The notes below the pieces were generated by a model. It saw nothing but the letters and a program-made list of their open reading frames with translations, had not been told where the DNA came from and did not search any database. Of a stretch of DNA of 25,563 bases, positions 1 to 7,531 are shown one piece after another; position 1 is the first letter of the stretch; every line of letters begins with the position of its first letter. Both the position numbers and the translations under genes were made by a program. Origin of the DNA: Candidatus Sericytochromatia bacterium (lineage in GTDB: Bacteria > Cyanobacteriota > Sericytochromatia > S15B-MN24 > JAQBPE01); contig JAYKHR010000139.1 of NCBI GenBank assembly GCA_035285125.1, positions 1-25,563 on the forward strand. Reading direction: 5' to 3'.

Positions 1-1768
1 CGTAGTCCTCGTGGCCCGCGAAGGTCCGGACCTCCTGCCCCGTGGCGCGGTCCCAGAGCCGGAAGGCCCGGTCCCCATCGGCCGCGGCCAGCAGCCGCCC
101 GTCCGGGCTGAAGGCGATCCCGCGGGGCCGATCGGGGTCGCCGACGAGCCGCGCCCAACGCGCCTCCTCCCCGTAGCCCTCCACCCGCTTGCCCGCCCCC
201 AGCCGCCACACGTGCGCGGAGCCGTCCATCGCGGCCCCGCCCAGCAGGCTGCCGTCCGGGCTGAAGGCCAGGCCCCGGAAGTCACCCCCGAAGGCGGGGA
301 GGGCCTCGACGCGCGCCCCGGTCCCTGCGTCCCACACCTCGATGGGGCCCTCGTCCGCCAGGGTGGCGACGCGCCCCCCGTCGGCGCTGAACGTGGCCTG
401 CAGGATGCCCGTCTGGAGGGGCTGCGTGGTCGCCAGGGGCTTGCCTGCGGCCACGTCCCAGACCTCGAGGCGGTCACCCGACCAGGCGGCGACCCGCGTG
501 GCGCCCGGCGCCAGCGCGAGGCCGCGGACGCCGGTGGTGGTCGCCAGCGCCTCCGCGGTGCCCGGCTCCCAAGCCCGGAGGGTCCAGTCCTTCCCGGAGC
601 TGACCACACGGGTGCCACCGGGGCCGAAGGCCACGCACCGGACGGCCGCCCGGTGGCCTCCGAAGGCGGGCACCGCCTCGCCCGTCTCCACGTCCCAGAC
701 CGCGATCGTCTGGTCATCGCTCGCGGTGGCGAGGCGGCCGCCGTCCGCCGTGAAGCTGACGGCGTTGATCGCCTCGCGGTGGGTGGCCACGGTGCGAAGC
801 AAGCGACCGGTGTCCACGTCCCAGACCTCGAGCCTGTACACCCGCCGCTCGGAGTCATAGCCAACGCTTGCCACCCGCCTGCCGTCCCGGCTGAGGGCCA
901 GGCGGCGCCCGTGTAGCTCGCCTTGGAAGGCCCCCTGCACCTCGCTGGACCCAACCCGGCGCACGGTGACACGGCCGTCAGGCCCCGCGACAGCGAGCCA
1001 CTCGCCTTGCGGCCCGGACGCGGCGCTCATGCGCCCTTCCTCTTCCTCGAGCAGCCGCCCCGTCTCGAGCGACCACAACCTGATGTGCCCCTCGTCATCC
1101 CCACTCACAAGGCGCTTGCCATCCGAGCTGAAGGCCACGTGTTCGACCTCCGGGTGGCTGAGCGCGTGCAGCTGCACCCCCGCCGCAACGTCCCAGACCC
1201 GCAGCGTCCCGTCCCAGTCCGCGCTCGCGAGGCGCGCGCCATCCGGGCTGAACGCCACGAGTTGCACCGGCCGCGTGTGGCTGGTAAGGGTGCGGATCGG
1301 GGCGGCGGTCGCCACGTCCCAGAGCCTCACGGTGTGGTCCCAGCCCGCCGTCGCGAGCGTGGCGCCGTCCGGGCTGAACGCCACGCCTCCGACGCCGTGC
1401 GCATGGCCCACGAAGGCGCGTGTCGCCACGCCTGATGACAGGTCCCAGAGCTTGGCCGTGCCATCCAGGCTCACGCTAGCCAGGCTGCGCCCATCGGGGC
1501 TGACCTTCACGTCCAGCACCCGCCCCGTGTGACGCACCATGCCCAGCTTGCCCACAGGCCCGAGCTCGGCGGGGCCAGTGCCCCGCCACGGGCCGTCGCC
1601 GGTCAGCCACGGCCCCGTGCAGCCTGCCAGGCAGCACGTCGCAACGACCGGCCACGCGACGGCGGCCCTGAGGGCGGACAGCCAACCCGAGGGCAAATGG
1701 CCTGCGACATTCAGGACATTTGTCACCATTCGCGGCGATGGAGTTTTTGATTGGATATCGCGTGGCAT
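1..1768 (-). CDS. WD40-repeat protein, probable lipoprotein; 3' end runs off the left edge
   Basis: Not in the ORF track because there is no stop in the window. Manual translation of the start, middle and end from ATG 1768 (GAGGAG just upstream; in-frame ATG also at 1729) gives MPRDIQ...AAVAWPVVATCCLAGC (lipobox), then HTGRVLDVKVSPDGRSLASVSLDGTAKLWDL, ending IAFSPDGRLLAAADGDRAFRLWDRATGQEVRTFAGHEDY at the edge, all in one frame. Start uncertain. Confidence 0.88.
   Translation of the reverse strand, partial: MPRDIQSKTPSPRMVTNVLNVAGHLPSGWLSALRAAVAWPVVATCCLAGCTGPWLTGDGPWRGTGPAELGPVGKLGMVRHTGRVLDVKVSPDGRSLASVSLDGTAKLWDLSSGVATRAFVGHAHGVGGVAFSPDGATLATAGWDHTVRLWDVATAAPIRTLTSHTRPVQLVAFSPDGARLASADWDGTLRVWDVAAGVQLHALSHPEVEHVAFSSDGKRLVSGDDEGHIRLWSLETGRLLEEEEGRMSAASGPQGEWLAVAGPDGRVTVRRVGSSEVQGAFQGELHGRRLALSRDGRRVASVGYDSERRVYRLEVWDVDTGRLLRTVATHREAINAVSFTADGGRLATASDDQTIAVWDVETGEAVPAFGGHRAAVRCVAFGPGGTRVVSSGKDWTLRAWEPGTAEALATTTGVRGLALAPGATRVAAWSGDRLEVWDVAAGKPLATTQPLQTGILQATFSADGGRVATLADEGPIEVWDAGTGARVEALPAFGGDFRGLAFSPDGSLLGGAAMDGSAHVWRLGAGKRVEGYGEEARWARLVGDPDRPRGIAFSPDGRLLAAADGDRAFRLWDRATGQEVRTFAGHEDY
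1713..1726. promoter_or_regulatory. Palindromic operator copy 1, AGGACA-TT-TGTCAC (weaker tandem copy AGGGCA-AA-TGGCCT at 1690-1703)
   Basis: Matches the motif found at five other transcription-unit heads. It lies at the edge of the AT-rich divergent promoter region and overlaps the 5' end of the WD40 gene if that gene starts at 1768 or 1729. Confidence 0.5.
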
Positions 1769-1860
1769 GCGCTCCTCGTACCACGAAGAAGTGAAAACCT
1801 TCGCACAAAAACCTCCCGAGACATCTCAGCTTATATAGATATCGAACTCACCTGAAAATC
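1740..1860. promoter_or_regulatory. AT-rich divergent promoter region (sigma70-like TTTTCA-N17-TATAAG on the minus strand; CRP-like AGTGA-N6-TCGCA at 1790-1805)
   Basis: Conspicuously AT-rich stretch between two divergent genes; elements read by eye. Confidence 0.4.
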
Positions 1861-1976
1861 TTCCCTGGCGCGCGCGCCGGCGACCCCCGCCACGGAACCT
1901 TCCGCGCCGGGCTCCCGTCAACCCGATGGCCCCCATCCGCCCAGCCCCAGCAACCCCCGACCCACGGAGGTCCACC

Positions 1977-4088
1977 GTGGCCCTGCGCTTCCCTCCCAAG
2001 CCCGGCACGTCAGGCGTGGCAGCGGTCCTGCTGGGTGTGCTGCTCAACGCGGTGGCCTCCTGCACGACACCGCTGCAAGACGAGCCCTGGCGCCCCGCGG
2101 CAGCGTGCCCCGCCCAGCCGTCGCTCCCCCCCGGGTGGTCGATGCCGGCGAAGGCCAGGAGCGGCTGCCCCTTCGACGACCCGTCCGGGCAGGCGCAGCT
2201 GGCGGTGGCCCAGGCCCTGCGCACGGCGGGCCACCCGGCCGACGCGACGCCCTGGCTGCGCAAGGCGCTGGCGCAGGGCAGCAGCGAGGCCCGCGTGGAG
2301 CTGGCCAGGCTGCTCCTCGGCGAAGCCTCCCTCGACGAGGGGGCTCTGGCCGAGGCCCGCGGCCTGCTCACGCAGGCCGGCGAGGCGGGGCTGTACGAGG
2401 CCTTGTTGCTCCTCGCCGGGACCTACACCGACCCGCCCTCGGGCTCGCCTGACCCGGCCCAGGCGGCTCGCTGGCTCGCCCGGGCCGATGCGGCCGGCTA
2501 CGCCACCGGGACTTACGAGCTCGGGAAGCTCACCGAGCGCGACTCCCCCCAACAGGCGCTGGAGCTCTACCACAAGGCTGCCAAGCAGGGGCACGGCGGC
2601 TCGCGCGGGGCGCTGGCCCTGACGACGGCCGGTCAGCTCAGGCTGGCCTGGATGTACGAGCGGGGAGAGGGCGTGCCGGCAGACCCCTGCGAGACGATCA
2701 CCTGGTACGTGCGGGCGGCGAGTGGCAAGCCGCCAGCCGAGGAGGCCCTCGCCTGGGTGACGGCCCATGTCGTCAAGGACCCGCTGGCAGCGCGGGGCGC
2801 CGCGACCACGAGCGGGGAGGCGGGCCTGACGCAGCTTGTGGCGCAGACGATCGAGTCTTCGTCTCCGGCCTGTGCGACGCAGCTGTACCTCGGCCTGCCC
2901 GAGGTGGACGCGGAGGCCGTTCAGGGAGGCCTGAAGCGGATTGGGGCCCGGTACGAGGCGGAAGCCCCAGCCAGGGCTGTCGCCTACTATGGTCAGCTCG
3001 CCGACGCGGGGGCAGCGCCCGGCATGCCAGGCCTGGCTCGGCTGTGCGAGGCCGGGCGGGACCAGGCCTGCATGGCAGCCGGGCAGCGCCTGGAGCGTCA
3101 GGGCCTGACGGACAGGGCCGACGAGACCTACGAAACGGCGGCGGACCGCGGCCACCAGCCCGCGGCCCAGGCGCTGGGCGCGCTGCGCTGCCGGGAAGGC
3201 AGCGACGACGCTTGCCAGACCCTCGGGCGGCAGCAGGAGCAGGCCGGCGACCTGGCTCAGGCCCTGGCCTGGTACGCGGTCGCGGAAAAGCGCGGCCACA
3301 AGCCGGCCTTCGTGGCCGTGCGGTCGTTGAAGTGCAAGGCTGGCGACAACGAGGCCTGCCTGAGCCTCGGGGGGTACTTCGAGGGTGCAGGCAACTCGGG
3401 TCAGGCCGCGGACTGGTACCGGGTGGCGGCGCAGCGTGGCCACCAACGGGCGGCCGAGGCGCTCGACCAGCTGCGGTGCAGGGCGGGCGAGAACGAGGCC
3501 TGCCTGGCGGCCGGCCGCCGCGAGGAGCGGATGGGTGACCGGTTGGACGCCAGCGCCTGGTACCAGATCGCCTCGCGGCGCGGCTACTTGCCCGCCAAGG
3601 ACGCCCTGGAGCTGATGGCGTGCGAGGCCGGCGACGACGAGGCCTGCATGCGGCTGGGGCGGAGCCTCCAGCACCGGGGGGAGGTGCGACGGCTCGTCGA
3701 AGCCTACCAGCCTGCCGTGAAGCGCCTCTACGTCCCCGCGATGCTGGAGCTGGCGACGCTGTATGACCGGAGCGTGGTCTGCTGTGGCGGGGCCACCCAG
3801 GCGGGGTCGCTGTACCGGATGGCCGCCAACACCGGGTCGGCGGAGGGGGCCTATCGCCTGGGCATGTGGCTGCCCGCAGGCCACCCGGAGGCCTGCCAGT
3901 GGCTCGGCCGGGCGGCCCTGCTTGGCCACGGCCCGGCCTCGCGCGAGGCAGGCTCCCGATGCGCGACGCCATCGGCGCCCCTGACAGGCTCGCCACCGCC
4001 ACGGGCAGCCCCGGTGGCTCCCAGCGCGACGCCGTGGATCTACCCACCCGTCTGGGAAACGCTGCGCGCCGGGTGGGCGGCCCCCTGA
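1977..4088 (+). CDS. Sel1-like (SLR/Hcp-type) repeat lipoprotein, about 703 aa
   Basis: ORF 1926..4088. GGAGG (1966-1970) precedes GTG 1977. Hydrophobic signal AAVLLGVLLNAVASC (lipobox). SLR motifs include LAWMYERGEGVPADPCETITWYVRAA, ALELYHKAAKQGH and SLYRMAANTGSAEGAYRLG. Confidence 0.88.
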   Translation: MALRFPPKPGTSGVAAVLLGVLLNAVASCTTPLQDEPWRPAAACPAQPSLPPGWSMPAKARSGCPFDDPSGQAQLAVAQALRTAGHPADATPWLRKALAQGSSEARVELARLLLGEASLDEGALAEARGLLTQAGEAGLYEALLLLAGTYTDPPSGSPDPAQAARWLARADAAGYATGTYELGKLTERDSPQQALELYHKAAKQGHGGSRGALALTTAGQLRLAWMYERGEGVPADPCETITWYVRAASGKPPAEEALAWVTAHVVKDPLAARGAATTSGEAGLTQLVAQTIESSSPACATQLYLGLPEVDAEAVQGGLKRIGARYEAEAPARAVAYYGQLADAGAAPGMPGLARLCEAGRDQACMAAGQRLERQGLTDRADETYETAADRGHQPAAQALGALRCREGSDDACQTLGRQQEQAGDLAQALAWYAVAEKRGHKPAFVAVRSLKCKAGDNEACLSLGGYFEGAGNSGQAADWYRVAAQRGHQRAAEALDQLRCRAGENEACLAAGRREERMGDRLDASAWYQIASRRGYLPAKDALELMACEAGDDEACMRLGRSLQHRGEVRRLVEAYQPAVKRLYVPAMLELATLYDRSVVCCGGATQAGSLYRMAANTGSAEGAYRLGMWLPAGHPEACQWLGRAALLGHGPASREAGSRCATPSAPLTGSPPPRAAPVAPSATPWIYPPVWETLRAGWAAP
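3045..3764 (+). repeat. Five 144-bp (48-aa) intragenic repeats, each starting C-x7-C
   Basis: Cys codons at 3045, 3189, 3333, 3477 and 3621 (exact 144-nt period): CEAGRDQAC, CREGSDDAC, CKAGDNEAC, CRAGENEAC, CEAGDDEAC. Confidence 0.9.
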
Positions 4089-4137
4089 CCGCCAGCCTTG
4101 AGGCGCACCTGCAGCGCCGTCACCTGCACGGCGCCTC

Positions 4138-4181
4138 GGGGCATTTGTCTCTTGACTCCCCGGAGCCGCAGACCTTAGCTT
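4138..4181 (+). promoter_or_regulatory. Operator copy 2 (GGGGCA-TT-TGTCTC, 4138-4151) abutting a sigma70-like promoter TTGACT-N18-TAGCTT
   Basis: -35 TTGACT at 4152-4157 immediately follows the palindrome; -10 TAGCTT at 4176-4181; about 107 bp upstream of ATG 4258. Confidence 0.6.
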
Positions 4182-4257
4182 GAACGCCACGCCCAAGCCC
4201 CGTGGCAGCACCAACGCGCAGTGGGTCGACCCACGCCCTGAGCGAAAAGGGGAAGCC

Positions 4258-5352
4258 ATGCCAAGACTCTCGGCAGCCGTGGCCATCGCATCGCTGGCCT
4301 GGGGGGTGACGCATCAGGCCGTGCTCGGAGAGGCCGCCCGCAGCCTCCCCGGCAAGCCCGCGATGGGGGCGCAGCCCTGCCACATCAGGCACGTGGCGAA
4401 TGCCCTGTGGTGCGTGGCCTACAGCCCGACGGCGCCCGTGGTGGTCGCCGGCGATGCTGCGGGCCGAGCAAGGGTCTTCGAGCTGCCCACGCTGGAGGAA
4501 CGCCCCCCCATCGGTCGTTCGTATGGTGGCATACAGGCCCTGGCCTTCAGCCACGACGGCAAGCAGCTCGCCACCGGCAGCTTTCGGGTCGTCAGGGTGT
4601 GGAACTGGGCGACGAAGGTGCAGCAACACGCCCTTTACGGGCACGCGAAGGGGGTCTGGGGGCTCACCTACAGCCCCGACGACACCGAGCTGGCCTCCGC
4701 GGGGCTCGACTCGACCATCCGCCTCTGGCGGCCCGCAACGGGGGAGCCCGTTCCGCCGCCGCAGCTCCGCGGCTTTGGCCGGGGGTGGCTGTTCCACCTC
4801 TGGATGGGCGTGATGGGCGACGCGCCACCAACCCTGATGGGCCACGAGGAGGGTGTCGTCGAGGTGGCTTACAGCCCTGACGGGCGGCGCCTCGCCAGCG
4901 CGAGCAAGGATGGCACCATTCGGATCTGGGACCTGGCCTCGGGCCAGGTCCTGCAAGTGTTGAGGGCGAATGAGGGCCCGTGGTCCGGCGTGGCCTTCAG
5001 CCCCAGTGGCCAGCTCGTTGCCGGCTCAGGCGAGATGGGACGCGTGCTCATCTGGAACGCCACCACCGGCGCACTGACGCGCACCCTCTCAGGACACGAC
5101 GACGCCGTCACCCGCCTCGCCTTCGGGCGCGACGACAGCCAGCTTGCCAGCGCGAGCCTCGACGGCAACGTCAAGCTCTGGGACGCCTCCAAGGGCGAGG
5201 TCCGGCAATCCTTCACGCGGCACACGCAGATGGTGCTCGGCGTCGCCTTCAGCCCGGACGGCAAGCACCTCGCCAGCGCGGGCCAGGATGGCCAGCTGGT
5301 GGTCTGGGACACCGAGCCTCAGGCGCCATGCAGGCGGTCAAGGCCCAGGTAG
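4258..5352 (+). CDS. Secreted single-propeller WD40 protein, about 364 aa
   Basis: ORF 4180..5352; ATG 4258 follows a purine-rich AAAAGGGGAAG. Signal-like MPRLSAAVAIASLAWGVTHQA. About 7 canonical repeats, e.g. GHEEGVVEVAYSPDGRRLASASKDGTIRIWD. Confidence 0.92.
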   Translation: MPRLSAAVAIASLAWGVTHQAVLGEAARSLPGKPAMGAQPCHIRHVANALWCVAYSPTAPVVVAGDAAGRARVFELPTLEERPPIGRSYGGIQALAFSHDGKQLATGSFRVVRVWNWATKVQQHALYGHAKGVWGLTYSPDDTELASAGLDSTIRLWRPATGEPVPPPQLRGFGRGWLFHLWMGVMGDAPPTLMGHEEGVVEVAYSPDGRRLASASKDGTIRIWDLASGQVLQVLRANEGPWSGVAFSPSGQLVAGSGEMGRVLIWNATTGALTRTLSGHDDAVTRLAFGRDDSQLASASLDGNVKLWDASKGEVRQSFTRHTQMVLGVAFSPDGKHLASAGQDGQLVVWDTEPQAPCRRSRPR

Positions 5353-5447
5353 CGCTAGGGGCGCCGTCCAGCTCTCCTGGGCTAGACGCCCTGCCTGGCG
5401 GCCCGGCAAGCAACGCGGCTGGGGCGCGGCCTCGGCCGAGCCTGCCC

Positions 5448-7358
5448 TCACCAGGCACCCTGGAACATACGCCCGGGGTTCCGCGCAGCGTCCAGTTCAC
5501 GTAAGGCCTCACGGAACCGGTCCTGCGACGCCTGGCGATGGGCCGCGGGTAGCGCCACCTCCACCACCTTCCCGTCGCTGTCGTAGGAGACGCGCATCTC
5601 CTCGGGTTCGAGGCCGATCCCGGCCAGGCGCAGCCGGACGGGCCTGCAGTCATTGTCATAGGTCACCTCCAGCGTCTGCTGGCGGTCCATGTGGAGCCTG
5701 ACCAGCCGCCCCTCGGCGTCGTACTCGCAGTGCCGCAGGCGCCCGCGCGAGTCCTCGAAGGCCGTGACGTTGCCGCGGTCATCGTGCTTGAGGGTCTCCC
5801 ACAGGGCCTTGCCAGCGCCGCCGGGCGCCGGATGGGTGATGCGCACCACCCGAGGCATGTCAGGCGCGTACGTGAACGTGAGCGTGTTGAAGAACGTGCT
5901 CGCTCGCACCAGGCGCCCCTTCGGGTCGTAGGTGTAGCGGTCGCCGCCAGCGGCATCCAGCTTGCCGAGCGCGTTGAAGACCCACAGCACGTCATCGCTC
6001 AGTCGTTGCACGATCCACAAAGGCGCACCCGGTTCCTGTCGCAGCAAGAGTTCAACGTGCCTGCGATCCGAGGTGTGATGAGGACGCGTGATCTTGGTGT
6101 CGACAACCAGCCGCCGGATCGTGACGGCGCTGCCGTCCCTCTCGGCCACCTCGGACGGGCCATCCTTGTACGACCACTCGAACTCGACGCCATTCGGGTC
6201 GACACACTTGGAGACCCGACCGCCGGCCCCCAGCGCCTCATACTCGAAGCGCGTGGCCCCGTGACGGTCCTGAGCGGCGACCAGGCGATGCGTGCCTCCA
6301 TCCTCGTAGCCATAGCGAGAGACCCCCTGCGTCGGGTGCGTGACCTCGATGAGCTCGTCGCGTTCGTTGTAGCGGTAGGTCACGCGCACCTGGCGTTCAT
6401 CTTCCACGGCGCTGACCCTGCCCGCGGCATCGAGGGTGAAGCGCAGCGCATGGCCGAAGCGGTCTGCCCACGCGACGGCGCGCCGGTCGTCAGACCACGT
6501 GAGCCGGTCGGCGTTGCCGTTGCTGTCGCTCGAGCCGACCAGGCGGCCGGCCTCGTCGTACCAGACCCGCTCCCGGAAGGGCCCTCGCTCCTCGTAACCG
6601 CTGTCAGTCCGCACCAGCAGCTCCGGATAAGCCCTCGTGCAGCACCACACGTCGCAGTCGTGCCGCAGCGTCAGCCGTTTCAGCTGGGCCCCGGGCTTCA
6701 GGTCCCTGGACGGCACGTGCGCCTGCAGCCGTCGCCACTCGGCGTTGCGAAAGGCGCGATCCCGCAGCAGCCGCCGGCGGTGGCTCGCCTCCTCTTCCGG
6801 ACCCGGCGAGCGACCGTCAAAGGCCGCCCGGGTCAGCCGCTCGACCACCTCGGCCAGCTCCTTGGGGGCCATCGGGGGCGGGGCATAGGCGTACCGGGCC
6901 ACGGCGCAGCAGGCCGGGGAAGGGCTGCCGTACTGGGGCAAGGCAAGATCGTTGGCGATGCTGTCACCCCCGAAGGCCGTCACGCGGACCCCCCCGTCAG
7001 GCTCGACCTCGAGCCGGGTGTCGAGCAACGACCCCCAGTTGGCCCCGAAGTGCCCGCTGCGCCCCATCGTGTGCTGGTAGGTCCGCTGGAGCCTCATCTC
7101 CCGGACGCCGGGCCGACGCAGGTCCAGCTCGGTCCAGATGGCGTCACCCGTGTGCTCCACCACGGTGGCCTCTGCCGAGGCCGGGCCACAGGCGAGCAGG
7201 AGGCCCCCTGACGCCAGCAGCAGGCTGCAGAGCTTGAGGCCCAAGCGCCGGGGCAGCGTCTGGGCTCGCTCATCCTGCGCACCCGCCGCCCCGCCTGGGC
7301 GCCTGCTCAAGACCGGGCAGGGGCGCCCAAGGCCACGGATGTCGAAGAATGCCACCAT
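5448..7358 (-). CDS. Exported DUF6531-like + YD/RHS-repeat protein with no Rhs core or toxin (Bd0109-like architecture), about 636 aa
   Basis: ORF 5448..7436; ATG 7436 falls inside the operator, so ATG 7358 is preferred. Signal LKLCSLLLASGGLLLAC/ASAEA. DUF6531-like GDAIWTELDL...LQRTY...GHFGANW. YD repeats WYDEAGRLV, YRYNERDEL, YTYDPKGRLV, EYDAEGRLV. No PxxxxDPxG motif. Confidence 0.85.
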   Translation of the reverse strand: MVAFFDIRGLGRPCPVLSRRPGGAAGAQDERAQTLPRRLGLKLCSLLLASGGLLLACGPASAEATVVEHTGDAIWTELDLRRPGVREMRLQRTYQHTMGRSGHFGANWGSLLDTRLEVEPDGGVRVTAFGGDSIANDLALPQYGSPSPACCAVARYAYAPPPMAPKELAEVVERLTRAAFDGRSPGPEEEASHRRRLLRDRAFRNAEWRRLQAHVPSRDLKPGAQLKRLTLRHDCDVWCCTRAYPELLVRTDSGYEERGPFRERVWYDEAGRLVGSSDSNGNADRLTWSDDRRAVAWADRFGHALRFTLDAAGRVSAVEDERQVRVTYRYNERDELIEVTHPTQGVSRYGYEDGGTHRLVAAQDRHGATRFEYEALGAGGRVSKCVDPNGVEFEWSYKDGPSEVAERDGSAVTIRRLVVDTKITRPHHTSDRRHVELLLRQEPGAPLWIVQRLSDDVLWVFNALGKLDAAGGDRYTYDPKGRLVRASTFFNTLTFTYAPDMPRVVRITHPAPGGAGKALWETLKHDDRGNVTAFEDSRGRLRHCEYDAEGRLVRLHMDRQQTLEVTYDNDCRPVRLRLAGIGLEPEEMRVSYDSDGKVVEVALPAAHRQASQDRFREALRELDAARNPGRMFQGAW

Positions 7359-7429
7359 CGTCTCGCGGGCTCCCCTGCTGTGCCACCCCCACACGCGGGT
7401 ATCGTCCCCCGTTCGGCCCCACCCACCAC

Positions 7430-7443
7430 GGGACATGTGTCCT
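7430..7443 (-). promoter_or_regulatory. Operator copy 3, GGGACA-TG-TGTCCT
   Basis: Intergenic, about 72 bp upstream of ATG 7358; shares CCACGGGACATGTGTCC (17 nt) with copy 6. Confidence 0.65.
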
Positions 7444-7531
7444 GACCTTGCGGGGGCGGCGCGCGGCGCCCTGAGCCCAGTTGACGCCTCCAGGCGCCAC
7501 CGCAGGGCCTGGGGGCGCCCGGAGGCAGCCG

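Noticed and set aside
1734..1746. Fluoride riboswitch-like GGCGATGGAGTT (also GGAGTTCGCC near 14304-14313)
   Set aside because: Each site has only half of the P1 stem, the downstream pseudoknot partner is missing, and no fluoride-related gene is adjacent.
4100..4137. GAGGCGC...GCGCCTC hairpin after the Sel1 gene as an intrinsic terminator
   Set aside because: The loop is long and there is no real U-tract, so it cannot be supported.
5448..5700. Rhs polymorphic toxin with immunity gene
   Set aside because: No Rhs core, DPxG motif or toxin tip, and the downstream neighbour is a convergent WD40 gene.
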